Origin: Verrucomicrobiota bacterium
GTDB taxonomy: Bacteria; Verrucomicrobiota; Verrucomicrobiia; Limisphaerales; CANJXF01
DNA length: 64,000 nt
Assembly (NCBI GenBank): GCA_043775015.1
Contig: JAYVSV010000003.1
Location: 3,930 to 67,929 of the forward strand
Direction of reading: 5' to 3'
Every line of letters begins with the position of its first letter. The first letter of the stretch is position 1. Positions 46,787-57,095 of the stretch are shown piece after piece. Below the pieces are notes generated by a model, which was not told where the DNA came from, searched no databases, and saw nothing but the letters and a program-made list of their open reading frames with translations. Both the position numbers and the translations under genes were made by a program.

Positions 46787-47275
46787 TTATTGCAAGGCGG
46801 CAAGAAGTTCGTTGTCCACGGGCGGTTGTTCGAAACGGTTGATGGCTTCGAAATCGACCAACCACTGCTGCGGGAAAGCGGCGGCTTGCGAGACAGCAGA
46901 AACGCCTTGAGCCATGTTCATTCGTTGAAGGGAACGATATTGCTGGGCAGAAACAAATCCGCCGCAAACCAACAGGCTCACCAATGCAGTCGAACGCAGC
47001 CAGTGGCGTCGCACCCAATCGTAAATGGCGGGATAATGGTGAACGACTTGAACGCTTTCCTGCTCCACCGATCTCATAACCAACGCGGTGAAATTGCTGG
47101 CCACTTGCGCTTCCGGCAACCGGCGCAACGCCTGAGCCAAGGCAAATTCCTCGTCCCATTCGGTTCGCGTTTCCGGGTGTGCGACAAAATGCGCTTCGAG
47201 CGCGGAGTGCTCTTGCTCGGTCAGCTTGCGCTGCCAGCTCACTCGCTTCATTTTTTCAAACTCGATCTGGTTCAT
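46787..47275 (-). CDS. membrane-anchored anti-sigma factor (putative)
   Basis: Position immediately after the ECF sigma gene. N-terminal cytoplasmic helices plus a single TM (WLRSTALVSLLVCGGFVSA). Confidence 0.5.
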   Translation of the reverse strand: MNQIEFEKMKRVSWQRKLTEQEHSALEAHFVAHPETRTEWDEEFALAQALRRLPEAQVASNFTALVMRSVEQESVQVVHHYPAIYDWVRRHWLRSTALVSLLVCGGFVSAQQYRSLQRMNMAQGVSAVSQAAAFPQQWLVDFEAINRFEQPPVDNELLAALQ

Positions 47276-47319
47276 TTGTTCCTCTCAGTTTAAAACCCGT
47301 TTGTTCAGCAAAGTTTCTT

Positions 47320-47931
47320 TCATTTTTCCGCTTCTTTCCACGCGCCACTTTGCAGGTAAGGTTTCAGTTTCAACTTCAAAGTCTCCCGGGCGCGGTGAAT
47401 CAACGATTTGGTGGCAGAAAGCGAGCAGCCCAACACCTTGGAAATATCGTCATAGGACAATTCTTCCTGGCGACAAAGCAACAAAGCCGTGCGCTGATTT
47501 TCCGGCAATTCATCGAGCGCAAGCTGGACTTTGTTTTCCAACTCGGCGTGCAAGACGTTTTCGGTTGGAGAAAATGTTTTTACATCCTCGAATTGCCGCG
47601 CGGGATGATCGTCGCTTTCGGTTTGGGAGGTTTCGAGCGATTCGGCCGGATGCCGCGAGCGGCGGCGAATCTCGTTCAGGCAAAGATTTCGCGCGATCGT
47701 GAACAGCCAGGTGGAGAATTTAGCCGTGACCTGATAGCGGTGGGCCGATTTAAAAACCTGCACAAAGACATTTTGCGTGAGGTCTTCTGCTTCGGTCTGG
47801 TCGCGTAACGTCCGAAAAATCACGTTCATTACCGGCTGCTTATATTTGTTGACCAACTCCTCAAATGCACGCATGTCTCCGCCTTTTACGCGCAGCATCA
47901 ATGCAGCATCTGGTTCCAGTTCAGTCGCCAT
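47320..47931 (-). CDS. ECF-type RNA polymerase sigma-70 factor
   Basis: Region 2 (FEELVNKYKQPVMNVIFRTLRDQTEAEDLTQNVFVQVF...FSTWLFTIARN) and region 4 (LPENQRTALLLCRQEELSYDDISKVLGCSLSATKSLIHRAR). Confidence 0.85.
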   Translation of the reverse strand: MATELEPDAALMLRVKGGDMRAFEELVNKYKQPVMNVIFRTLRDQTEAEDLTQNVFVQVFKSAHRYQVTAKFSTWLFTIARNLCLNEIRRRSRHPAESLETSQTESDDHPARQFEDVKTFSPTENVLHAELENKVQLALDELPENQRTALLLCRQEELSYDDISKVLGCSLSATKSLIHRARETLKLKLKPYLQSGAWKEAEK

Positions 47932-48042
47932 TACAATGGATATTGTAGTTAAAACCGGATGTCTCACAAGGTTGCGACTTTTTTGATCCTCCGCAGCACG
48001 CTCCTTGCTTCAGCTTATTCCACCCGCTAACGTCCCCCGCTA

Positions 48043-50811
48043 ATGCCAACTTTGTTGGAAAAAATTGAAGCTAATGCCGCCGGGCGGCTGACTTTGCCCG
48101 AAGGACGCCAACCCTCGGAGGAATTGGCGCGCTACAAAAATTTTCTCAAAGTAGAAACGCACCGCTTAAAAATTCTTCATCGCGCCGGCGGCAGCGGTCG
48201 GGAGGTTTGTCAGGCGCGTTCCGCCATTCTTGACGTCTCGTTGCGCTATATTTTGGAAGCAGTCAGCAAACTAATGCAGCCAACTTCGGCGAAGATTCCT
48301 ACCCTCGCGCTCGTTGCCATCGGCGGTTATGGGCGCGGCGAACTCAATCCGCACAGCGACATTGACATCATGTTTTTGTACGACGGCGAGCTGGTGACGC
48401 GCGGAAAAGTTCATCCCACTTTAACCGCAGTGACCGATGGTTTGCTCTACACGCTTTGGGACATCGGACTGAAAGTGGGACATTCGGTTCGCAGCATTGA
48501 CGATTGCGTGAAAGTGGCGAACAGCGACATGCAGTCCAAAACATCGTTGATCGAAGCGCGGCTCATCACTGGTAGCCAGGCGTTGTTCGAAAAATTTGAG
48601 AAAACGGTTTTATCCAAATGCGTCTCCGGCCATGAAGACGAATACATCACTGCCCGCGTGCAAGACCAGGCGGTCCGCCGCGCCAAGTTTGGCAATTCCG
48701 CATTCATGCAAGAGCCAAATATTAAAAACGGCTGCGGTGGTTTACGCGATTATCAAAACCTGATCTGGATGGCGTTTTTCAAATATCGCACCCGTTCGCT
48801 CAGCGAGTTGCAACAAAAGGAAATGATCAGCGCGAGCGAACGTAAACAGCTCGAAACCGCCTATGATTATCTGCTGCGCGCGCGCAACGAAGTCCACTAT
48901 GACGTGGGTCGGCCCGTTGATATTTTAGGCAAAAGTATTCAGCCCTCCATCGCCCACAACCTTGGCTACCGCGAACGCTCCGCCAGCAAACGGATTGAGA
49001 TGTTTATGCGCGATTTCTACACTCACACGCGCAACATCGATTTAATCACCCGCACGGTCGAACAACGCCTTGCCCTGCTGCCAAGCCAAAAATTTCTACC
49101 GTCGTTTCGTCGGATGCTGCAAACGCAAACGCAGAAGATGCGCCAACAGATTATCGACGGTTTCAAAGTTCTCGACGGAGAAATTCATCCGCTCAATCAG
49201 CACGTTTTTCGCGACCACCCCAAGCGGCTGATGCGCGTTTTTCTTTACGCCCAACAACGCCGTTTAAAGTTGCATCCCGATCTCACGCAACTCATTCGCA
49301 GCCAGCTCCCGCTCGTCAACAATTCCTTTCTGCGCGACACGCATGTGCGCGAAACATTTCTGGAAATCCTCGATCAACGCGGAACCGTCGCGCCCATTCT
49401 TCGCGCCATGCACGAGGTCGGTTTTCTTGGAAAATTTTTACCCGAATTCGGGCGCCTCACCTGCCTCGTTCAGCACGAATTCTATCATCAATACACCGCC
49501 GACGAACACACCCTGGTCTGCATCGAAAAACTCGACCAGGTCTGGAACGCAAAAACTCCTCCCTTTGAAACTTACGCTGAAATTTTGCGAACTGTGGAAC
49601 GTCCGTTCGTATTGTATCTCGCGCTCTTGTTGCATGATTCCGGCAAAGCCGCGCGCTCCGGCAAGCACGAAGAATTGGGCAGCCAACTCGCCTTGCGCGT
49701 TTCGCGCCGTCTCGGTCTCGATGGCGCAACTGCGCACACGCTGAGTTTGGTCATCGAACATCATTTGACCATGGCGCAGGTCTCGCAACGTCGTGACCTC
49801 GAAGATCCCTCGGTCATTCGGAATTTTGCGCGCCAGATTCAAACCGTGGAAAACCTCACCCTGCTCACTCTACACACGTTTGCCGATTCGATGGGCACGA
49901 GCGACCAACTGTGGAATGGGTTTAAAGATTCTCTGCTCTGGACGTTGTTTCATCGGACACGCGAATTGCTGATGGGTGGATCTGAGTTTTTCCGGGCGGA
50001 AGAAAAACAACGCGAACTGCTCGCCGACGAAGTGCAACGTCTCATGCCGGCAAGCTTCAGCTACGACGAAGTTCAAGCGCACTTTGCCAATCTTCCGTCG
50101 CGCTACTTTCAGATTAATAACGCTCACGAGATTCTCACCGACCTGACCCAGGTGCATCGGTTCATGCACTATCAATTATCGGAGAACGAGCAGGCGCTTT
50201 CGCCGGTTCTATATTGGCACAACGAACCGGACCGCGGTTACACCACGGTGCATGTCTGCACGTGGGATCGTGCGGGGTTGTTCAGCAAGATCACCGGCTC
50301 GTTGACTTCGGCCGGCCTGAATATTTTGAGCGCTGAAATCATTACGCGCGGCGACGGCATCATTCTTGACTCGTTCTTTGTGACCGATGCAAAAACCGGT
50401 TTGCTCGCCAAGCGTGAGGAACGCGAGGCCTTTGAAACCGTGCTGAACGCGATTCTCAATGGCAAAGAAGTTGATCTCGCTGCGCTCATCGCCAAACAAA
50501 AATCGGCTGGGATCAGAAATATTTTTGAAGGCGAGCGGATGCCGACGGTCATTGATTTTGATAACGAAACCTCCGAAACACGCACCATCATTCAAGTAGA
50601 AACCGAAGACCGGCTCGGCTTGCTTTACGCCATTTCGCACGTGCTGAATGATCTGGAACTCGACATCTACGTCGCAAAAATCTCCACGGAAAAAGGCGCG
50701 GCGATCGACAGCTTTTACATCGCCGAGGAAGACGGCAGCAAAATCAACGCACCTGAGCGGCAAAAAATTATTGAGAAAAAACTGCGCGCGGCCATCCATC
50801 GCCTCGGCTGA
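48043..50811 (+). CDS. glnD: [protein-PII] uridylyltransferase / uridylyl-removing enzyme
   Basis: NTase motif GGYGRGELNPHSDIDI, HD domain LLLHDSGK, and two C-terminal ACT domains. Confidence 0.9.
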   Translation: MPTLLEKIEANAAGRLTLPEGRQPSEELARYKNFLKVETHRLKILHRAGGSGREVCQARSAILDVSLRYILEAVSKLMQPTSAKIPTLALVAIGGYGRGELNPHSDIDIMFLYDGELVTRGKVHPTLTAVTDGLLYTLWDIGLKVGHSVRSIDDCVKVANSDMQSKTSLIEARLITGSQALFEKFEKTVLSKCVSGHEDEYITARVQDQAVRRAKFGNSAFMQEPNIKNGCGGLRDYQNLIWMAFFKYRTRSLSELQQKEMISASERKQLETAYDYLLRARNEVHYDVGRPVDILGKSIQPSIAHNLGYRERSASKRIEMFMRDFYTHTRNIDLITRTVEQRLALLPSQKFLPSFRRMLQTQTQKMRQQIIDGFKVLDGEIHPLNQHVFRDHPKRLMRVFLYAQQRRLKLHPDLTQLIRSQLPLVNNSFLRDTHVRETFLEILDQRGTVAPILRAMHEVGFLGKFLPEFGRLTCLVQHEFYHQYTADEHTLVCIEKLDQVWNAKTPPFETYAEILRTVERPFVLYLALLLHDSGKAARSGKHEELGSQLALRVSRRLGLDGATAHTLSLVIEHHLTMAQVSQRRDLEDPSVIRNFARQIQTVENLTLLTLHTFADSMGTSDQLWNGFKDSLLWTLFHRTRELLMGGSEFFRAEEKQRELLADEVQRLMPASFSYDEVQAHFANLPSRYFQINNAHEILTDLTQVHRFMHYQLSENEQALSPVLYWHNEPDRGYTTVHVCTWDRAGLFSKITGSLTSAGLNILSAEIITRGDGIILDSFFVTDAKTGLLAKREEREAFETVLNAILNGKEVDLAALIAKQKSAGIRNIFEGERMPTVIDFDNETSETRTIIQVETEDRLGLLYAISHVLNDLELDIYVAKISTEKGAAIDSFYIAEEDGSKINAPERQKIIEKKLRAAIHRLG

Positions 50812-50891
50812 AGATAACGCAACCACGCTCTACGGGCGTGGCTGCCCGAACTTGCCTTTGAACTTTGTTTGGTGAATCGTGATCCATAAAT

Positions 50892-51578
50892 ATGAAGCAT
50901 TCGGGAAAAGCGTCCCAAGCGGCGCTCAAATTAATTTTTACATCTTTGATTATTCTCGCTGCCATTCTGGCGACCGGCCTGATCGCGAAATATCTCGGCG
51001 GAGCTGTCATCGCGCTCGCGTCAGCCTTGGTTTTCATATGGATTCTCTTCGCCCTCTTCACCTTCTATTTTTTCCGCGATCCGACCGCCACGGTGCCGAT
51101 TGGAAAAAATCTGGTTGTCTCGCCCGCCCACGGAACGATCGATGTCATCGACGAAACTTCCGAGGGCGAATTCATTGGCGGCAAGTGCAGGCGCGTTTCC
51201 ATTTTTCTCAATGTGTTCAACGTTCACGTCCAGCAATCGCCCATCGCGGGCCGGGTCACTTTTCTGAAACACACCGCCGGACTCTTCATCAACGCGATGA
51301 AAACGGATTCAGCGGCTCACAATGAAAATGTTTTGATCGGCTTTTCGCCCGCCGAAAACGCGGCCGAGAAAATCGGCGTTCGGTTGATCGCCGGTTTGAT
51401 TGCGCGCCGCATTATTCCATGGGTGGCGGTCAATGACGTCGTCGCTGCCGGCGAGCGCATCAGCCTCATTCAATTTGGTTCGAGAGTGGATCTTTACCTG
51501 CCGCTTCATTACACCATTCGCGCAAAGCTCGGCGACAAAGTAGTTGGCGGCGAAACAATCATTGCCTCGAAGGAATAA
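50892..51578 (+). CDS. psd: phosphatidylserine decarboxylase (short, membrane-anchored type)
   Basis: FFRDP...VSPAHG...FLNVFNVHVQ...QFGSRVD self-cleavage G-S motif. Confidence 0.85.
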   Translation: MKHSGKASQAALKLIFTSLIILAAILATGLIAKYLGGAVIALASALVFIWILFALFTFYFFRDPTATVPIGKNLVVSPAHGTIDVIDETSEGEFIGGKCRRVSIFLNVFNVHVQQSPIAGRVTFLKHTAGLFINAMKTDSAAHNENVLIGFSPAENAAEKIGVRLIAGLIARRIIPWVAVNDVVAAGERISLIQFGSRVDLYLPLHYTIRAKLGDKVVGGETIIASKE

Positions 51579-51580
51579 AC

Positions 51581-52450
51581 ATGGCGAACCCGGAAATCAA
51601 AGCGGCAGAATTGGGATCGTCGGAGCCGAAATTAAAAATTTATTTTCTGCCCAATTTGATGACGGCAGGAAATCTCTTTTGCGGTTTTCTCGCGCTCACC
51701 AAAATTGTAGAGGCCGATCCAAACCAGGGCGCAGATTTCAACAAAATCATTCGCCACGCGCTGTTTTACATTTTGCTCGCCTGTATTTTCGACTTGCTTG
51801 ATGGCCGCGTTGCCCGAATGGGCGGCTCGGAAAGTCCGTTCGGTCGGGAATTTGATTCGCTCGCGGACATTATTTCTTTCGGTGTGGCTCCGGCGTTTCT
51901 CGTCCACCGCATTGTGCTTCATGGCGTCTTTAATCAACATCCGCAACTCGGCTGGTTCATTGCTTCGATCTATCTGATTTGCGGCGCATTTCGATTGGCG
52001 CGGTTCAACTGTCTGGCCGCCATGAAAGGCGGAGGAGGCGGCAGCGAATTTCTCGGATTCCCCATTCCCGCAGCGGCCGGCTTGGTGGCCTCACTCACGT
52101 TGTTTCTGATGTGGCTCGACGACAAAAATTTTTCCACAGGCAACTGGCGCTTCGCTTTGCCCGTCATCATGGTTTTCCTCTCAATGATGATGGTGAGCGA
52201 AGTAAAATATCCGACCTTCAAGCAATTGGATTTTCGCGCCACACGAACTTTTACCAAGATGGTTCTTATCGTGTTGCTCATCGGATTTTTCGTTCTCCTT
52301 TGGGACAAAATTCTGCAAGTGGTCCTGCCTGCGGTTTTCACGCTTTATTTGCTGTATGGATTTGTTCGCCCGTATATCTCGCGCAGAATTCGCCACGAAA
52401 TTGAAGATGAAGAGGGCGACGCCGAGGATACTCCAACGACCAAAGGCTAA
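51581..52450 (+). CDS. pssA: CDP-diacylglycerol--serine O-phosphatidyltransferase
   Basis: CDP-alcohol transferase motif DLLDGRVARMGGSESPFGREFDSLADIISFG. Confidence 0.9.
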   Translation: MANPEIKAAELGSSEPKLKIYFLPNLMTAGNLFCGFLALTKIVEADPNQGADFNKIIRHALFYILLACIFDLLDGRVARMGGSESPFGREFDSLADIISFGVAPAFLVHRIVLHGVFNQHPQLGWFIASIYLICGAFRLARFNCLAAMKGGGGGSEFLGFPIPAAAGLVASLTLFLMWLDDKNFSTGNWRFALPVIMVFLSMMMVSEVKYPTFKQLDFRATRTFTKMVLIVLLIGFFVLLWDKILQVVLPAVFTLYLLYGFVRPYISRRIRHEIEDEEGDAEDTPTTKG

Positions 52451-52452
52451 CA

Positions 52453-53121
52453 ATGTTTGACCTGCATCCCAATGCATTGGCGGCTGTCACTGGATTTATC
52501 AGTGGCATACTGCTTTCCATTCCGGTCGGCCCGGTCAACCTGACCATCATCAACGAAGGCGCTCGGCGGGGATTTATCTGGGCGACATTGATTGCGCTCG
52601 GAGCGGTTTCAGCCGACCTGATCTATTGCACAATTGCCTTCACCGGGTTCGCATCCTTTTTCGGGAATCGTCTGGTCAAAGCGGGCATGGAATTAACCAG
52701 TTTCGTTTTCCTGCTCTATTTGGGCGTGAGTTTTCTGAAGGCAAAAAAAGTCCAGTCAGCCAACCGCATTGAAGCGCGGATCGAGGAAAAACTTCGCCCG
52801 CACTCGGCCTTCATGATTGGTTTCGTGCGCGTCATCGGTAATCCCGGAATTCTTTTGTTTTGGATAATCCTCGCAGCAAACTTCATCTCGCGCGATTGGG
52901 TGGAACCAGATTGGCCGGGAAAAATTTCGTGCATCTTCGGCGTGGCCTGCGGCGCGGTTCTTTGGTTCCTCGGACTCAGCTACACCGTATCGAGAGGCAG
53001 CAAGAGGTTTACGGACAAAACGTTGCTGCGGCTGGAACATTTTTCCGGAATCGGCTTGATCACTTTGGCGTTGATTCACGGCGGGCGAATCATCTGGCAA
53101 ATGGCGAAGCATAAGATGTGA
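52453..53121 (+). CDS. LysE/RhtB family translocator
   Basis: GPVNLTIINEG...NPGILLFW motifs and six hydrophobic segments. Confidence 0.75.
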   Translation: MFDLHPNALAAVTGFISGILLSIPVGPVNLTIINEGARRGFIWATLIALGAVSADLIYCTIAFTGFASFFGNRLVKAGMELTSFVFLLYLGVSFLKAKKVQSANRIEARIEEKLRPHSAFMIGFVRVIGNPGILLFWIILAANFISRDWVEPDWPGKISCIFGVACGAVLWFLGLSYTVSRGSKRFTDKTLLRLEHFSGIGLITLALIHGGRIIWQMAKHKM

Positions 53122-53134
53122 ATGCATTCAAGTT

Positions 53135-53563
53135 ATGGGCTGGACTGTTGTTACTTACAGGAACGACTCGACGGATTGTAAAGACTGGCATTTGTGGGCG
53201 CTCCGTCATTTTTTCGTTGAGGCGGCGCGAGAAATGAAAGAAACATCACAATCAGAATATGACGTTCAGGCTGTCATCACATTCTTCGAGCATTGGGACT
53301 GGTTGGTGCCGGGCGTGGTTGGTGGCACAGATATTACGGAATTGGTGGAGAGTTCCGCCGTTCGATGGCGAATCGTTCTGGATGTAATGCAGCGCGCAGC
53401 AGATCGTATTGGAAGCTTTGGGGAATGGCTACCCGATTGCTATCTAACCAACGACATCAGTTCGACCGGGAGTTCAGTGGATCATTGCATGACAAAGCCA
53501 CTTTTGGAGTGTATTGGTCGAATCTCAAATTTATTATCGAGGCATGAACCTCTCTCGCACTGA
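53135..53563 (+). CDS. hypothetical protein
   Basis: 142-aa ORF with an ATG start and no recognisable motif. Confidence 0.35.
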   Translation: MGWTVVTYRNDSTDCKDWHLWALRHFFVEAAREMKETSQSEYDVQAVITFFEHWDWLVPGVVGGTDITELVESSAVRWRIVLDVMQRAADRIGSFGEWLPDCYLTNDISSTGSSVDHCMTKPLLECIGRISNLLSRHEPLSH

Positions 53564-53607
53564 GTCGAATCTCAGCCAGTTAATTTCCGATTTCGGAATG
53601 CCTCCCG

Positions 53608-54030
53608 TTACATGGTTTCCTTTTCGGAAAGTTCCAACAATTTCTTAAACTGAACCTCATTCAAAGGTGTGACCGACAAACGCGACTGACGCACCAACGG
53701 AATATCTTTCAAAACCTTATCCGACTTGATGGTTTCCAGCGTGACAGGCGTTTTTAATTTTTTTCCGGGAACCAGATCGACGCACGACCAATCGCCTTCC
53801 TTCGCGGTTGGGTCTGCATAAAACCCTTTCTCCACGGTGGCAATTCCGACCACCTGTTTCTCGCTGACACTGTGGTAAAACAAAACCAGGTCGCCGCGCT
53901 TCATTGCCCGCAGGTTATTTCGCGCCTGAAAATTGCGCACGCCGGTCCAGACGGTTTTTCCATCCTTCACCAAGTCGGACCACGAGTAAGCTTCCGGTTC
54001 CGATTTCACGAGCCAATAGTTCTTTGCCAT
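53608..54030 (-). CDS. EVE (PUA-like) domain protein
   Basis: YWLVKSEPEAYSWSDL...WTGVRNFQARNNLRAMKRGDLVLFYHS. Confidence 0.85.
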   Translation of the reverse strand: MAKNYWLVKSEPEAYSWSDLVKDGKTVWTGVRNFQARNNLRAMKRGDLVLFYHSVSEKQVVGIATVEKGFYADPTAKEGDWSCVDLVPGKKLKTPVTLETIKSDKVLKDIPLVRQSRLSVTPLNEVQFKKLLELSEKETM

Positions 54031-54100
54031 GCGGAATTTTTAGTTCCAATGAATCAAAGCGAAAGAAAAAAGGCGGACAAAAGACGAGACGCAAATTTTA

Positions 54101-54159
54101 CGAATTAACACGAATTCCAAAACATCTTTCCCAATTCGCGTTAATTCGCGCAATTCGCG
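54101..54159. repeat. hairpin plus triple AATTCGCG repeat in a divergent promoter region
   Basis: CGAATTAACACGAATT (54101-54116) pairs with AATTCGCGTTAATTCG (54133-54148) with 1 mismatch. AATTCGCG occurs three times in 54133-54159. Confidence 0.75.
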
Positions 54160-54172
54160 TTCTTCCCTCGTG

Positions 54173-54299
54173 CTGATTGCACTTGCGGCTCTCCGCATTC
54201 TGCGAGAAACAAGGGCGAGTGAATATCGAAAAGAAATTCCGGCGCGGAGTGCTCGGTTCCGGCAAAGGGTCGAATTTCGTCGCGATCTCGGAGCCTTGC
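54173..54299 (+). pseudogene. duplicated purN 5' region (leader plus first ~27 codons), fused in frame to the DUF1553-family gene
   Basis: 127 nt aligns gap-free with 58694-58820 (12 mismatches). VNIEKKFRRGVLGSGKGSNFVAISEPC versus purN VNNEKKFRLGVLGSGKGSNFVAIAEAC. Confidence 0.85.
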
Positions 54300-57083
54300 A
54301 TCAAGAAGCATCACCCCTGCATCACGCTTCCACTTTGGCTTGTTCTTTTCGCACTCTTGTCGTTCGCGCTGACGGCTCGGCTTGATGCCGGCGTGGACTA
54401 CGTCAAAAGCGTTAAACCACTGTTGAAGGAGCGATGCTACGCGTGCCACGGGGCACTCAAACAAAAGGCCCGACTGCGGCTCGACACGGTCGAGTTGATG
54501 CTCCAAGGAGGCAAATCTGGTGCGGCCTTCACGCGCGGGAAACCGGAGGAAAGCCTCATCATTCAACGCGTGACTGCGCCCGACATGGAAGAGCGCATGC
54601 CGCCCGAACACGAAGGCGAGCCGTTCACCCCGGCGCAGGTTGCGCTGCTCCAAGAGTGGATCGTCACAGGTGCTTCCTCTCCGGCGGATGAAAGGGCCGA
54701 GACAGACCCGAAGGAACATTGGGCCTTCCGCCAACGGATGCGTCCGCCGGTTCCGGCAGTAGCCAATGCGAAATGGGTGCGCAATCCCATTGATGCCTTC
54801 CTTGCTAAACAGCACGAGGACCACGGCCTCACCCCGCAACCCGAAGCGTCACGGGCGGTTCTCCTGCGCAGGTTGTATCTCGACTTGATCGGTTTGCCGC
54901 CGAGCCTCGCGGAAATCACCGTCTTCGAGAACGACTCATCACCCGATTGGTATGAGCGCGCTGTGAATTATTTGCTCGATGACCCGCGTCACGGGGAACG
55001 CTGGGCGCGGCACTGGATGGACATTTGGCGCTACAGCGATTGGTGGGGCCTCGGCGACCAGCACCGCAACAGCCAGAAACATATTTGGCACTGGCGGGAT
55101 TGGATTGTGGAATCGCTCAACGCAGACACGCCCTACGACGAGATGATCCGCCTCATGCTGGCCGCTGACGAATCGCATCCCAACGACCTCCAGAAACTCC
55201 GCGCCACCGGCTTTCTCGCCCGCAACTGGTTCCTGTTCAATCGCAATCAGTGGATGGATGAAACCGTCGAGCATGTGAGCAAAGGGTTTCTCGGTCTCAC
55301 GGTGAACTGCGCCAAGTGCCACGACCACAAATTCGACCCCATCTCGCAGGTTGATTACTACCGGATGCGCGCGTTTTTTGAGCCGTATCACGTGCGGATG
55401 GACATGCTCCCCGACGAAGTGGATCTCTTACGCGACGGTATTCCCCGCGTCTTCGACGGTCTGCTCGATACTCCCACGTATCGCTTTGTGCGCGGCGACG
55501 AGGGCAAGCCCGACAAATCTGCCGTCATTGCACCCGGCGTTCCCACGCTGTTCGCCTTCACTCAGTTGGACATCCAGCCCATCGCGTTCCCGCCGGAAGC
55601 CTGGCAACCAGAGCGACGCCCCTGGGTTCTCGATGCCCACCTCGCCACGGCCCGGAAGAAAGTGGAGATTGTGGAGAAAGCTCTTACCCCGGCGCGGGAA
55701 AGACTCGCCGCTGCTCAAACGCGCGAGGCAAAAATAGTCGCGACAGCAACTGCGCCTGCTTTGAAGCCGACTTCACCCGACGAGGCCAAGGCCGCAGTCG
55801 CCACCGCGCACGGCGAGCTAAATGTCGCCGAACTGGCCTTGACCGTGGCCACGGCGGAACTCCTGAGCATCGAAAGTAATTGCACAGCAATGCGCGCTGC
55901 GTGGGCAAGGGCCGATGCTGGCCCCAACCAAGCGAGTGCTGCCCTGGCCAAGCTTGAACGCGATGCGACTTCGTCTGCAATACGCGCGGAACGCGAAGTC
56001 GCCGTCGCGAAGGCCCGCCACGCCATTGCCGATGCCGGGCTTCGCCTTGCCAGCCCGACTGACCCCAAGAAAGACGCCATCGAGAAGGAATTGAAAACCG
56101 CCCGCGAGTCCCTCGACACAGCCACCAAAGCCGTGACTGCTCCGATCACGGAGACCAACAAAATCACCCCGCTCTACGGAGCAAAATGGACACCCACTCG
56201 ATTCTTTAATTCGCAAAAAGACGACCCCACCGTCGAGTTCGGCCCCACAAGCAGTGGCCGCCGCACCGCACTCGCCGGCTGGATTACCGACCCACGCAAC
56301 CCGCTCACCGCGCGCGTCGCTGTAAATCACCTCTGGGCGCGTCATCTGGGAACGCCACTCGTATCCACCACGTTTGACTTCGGGCGCAAGAACGGATCAC
56401 CCACGCATACTGAGTTGCTTGATTGGCTGGCGTCTGAGTTGGTGGATCATGGCTGGAGCATGAAACACTTGCACCGGCTGATCGTCACTTCGGCTGCCTA
56501 TCGAATGAATTCGTCGGCAGCGGGCGGTGAATCCAACATGGCGAAGGATCCCGACAACCTGGGCTGGTGGCGGCGCACACCCATCCGCATCGAGGCAGAG
56601 GTGGTGAGGGATTCTATTCTCGCGCTCGCCGACCAACTGGACACAGCCATCGGTGGCCCCTCGGTTCCGACGGCCAGCCAGGCCGACTCGAAACGCCGCA
56701 GCCTTTATTTCTTCCACTCGAACAACGAGCGAAATCTTTTCCTCACCACATTCGACGAAGCCAGTGTGAAGGAATGTTACCGCCGGGAACAGAGCATCGT
56801 CCCGCAGCAGGCGCTTGCTCTTTCTAACAGCGGCCTCGTGCAGGATTGCACCCACCACATCGCCGCCCGTTTCGGCGCAAACGTTCCAGCGAATGACGAC
56901 CCCGCGTTTGTCCGGCAGGCATTTCGCGGCGTGCTCGGCGTTGAACCTCAACGGGCAGAAGTCGCAGCCTGCGTCACGACCATGGACGCCTGGCGCAAGA
57001 TCCCGGACACTACTCACGATCAGGCGCGCTCTCATCTCATCTGGGCACTACTCAACCACAACGATTTTGTCATGCTGCGTTAA
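54219..57083 (+). CDS. PSCyt / DUF1549 / DUF1553 family protein (planctomycete-type cytochrome-c-motif protein)
   Basis: CYACHG heme motif after the signal-like segment LPLWLVLFALLSFALTA. CAKCHDHKFDP. DUF1553-like C-terminus. The only in-frame start codons (GTG 54219, GTG 54249) lie in purN-derived sequence. Confidence 0.75.
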   Translation: MNIEKKFRRGVLGSGKGSNFVAISEPCIKKHHPCITLPLWLVLFALLSFALTARLDAGVDYVKSVKPLLKERCYACHGALKQKARLRLDTVELMLQGGKSGAAFTRGKPEESLIIQRVTAPDMEERMPPEHEGEPFTPAQVALLQEWIVTGASSPADERAETDPKEHWAFRQRMRPPVPAVANAKWVRNPIDAFLAKQHEDHGLTPQPEASRAVLLRRLYLDLIGLPPSLAEITVFENDSSPDWYERAVNYLLDDPRHGERWARHWMDIWRYSDWWGLGDQHRNSQKHIWHWRDWIVESLNADTPYDEMIRLMLAADESHPNDLQKLRATGFLARNWFLFNRNQWMDETVEHVSKGFLGLTVNCAKCHDHKFDPISQVDYYRMRAFFEPYHVRMDMLPDEVDLLRDGIPRVFDGLLDTPTYRFVRGDEGKPDKSAVIAPGVPTLFAFTQLDIQPIAFPPEAWQPERRPWVLDAHLATARKKVEIVEKALTPARERLAAAQTREAKIVATATAPALKPTSPDEAKAAVATAHGELNVAELALTVATAELLSIESNCTAMRAAWARADAGPNQASAALAKLERDATSSAIRAEREVAVAKARHAIADAGLRLASPTDPKKDAIEKELKTARESLDTATKAVTAPITETNKITPLYGAKWTPTRFFNSQKDDPTVEFGPTSSGRRTALAGWITDPRNPLTARVAVNHLWARHLGTPLVSTTFDFGRKNGSPTHTELLDWLASELVDHGWSMKHLHRLIVTSAAYRMNSSAAGGESNMAKDPDNLGWWRRTPIRIEAEVVRDSILALADQLDTAIGGPSVPTASQADSKRRSLYFFHSNNERNLFLTTFDEASVKECYRREQSIVPQQALALSNSGLVQDCTHHIAARFGANVPANDDPAFVRQAFRGVLGVEPQRAEVAACVTTMDAWRKIPDTTHDQARSHLIWALLNHNDFVMLR

Positions 57084-57095
57084 CCATTTCCATTT

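Noticed and set aside
54133-54159. Tandem AATTCGCG x3 as a mini CRISPR or other array
   Set aside because: The units are 8 nt with 1-2-nt spacers, far too short for a CRISPR array. It is better explained as part of a hairpin repeat.
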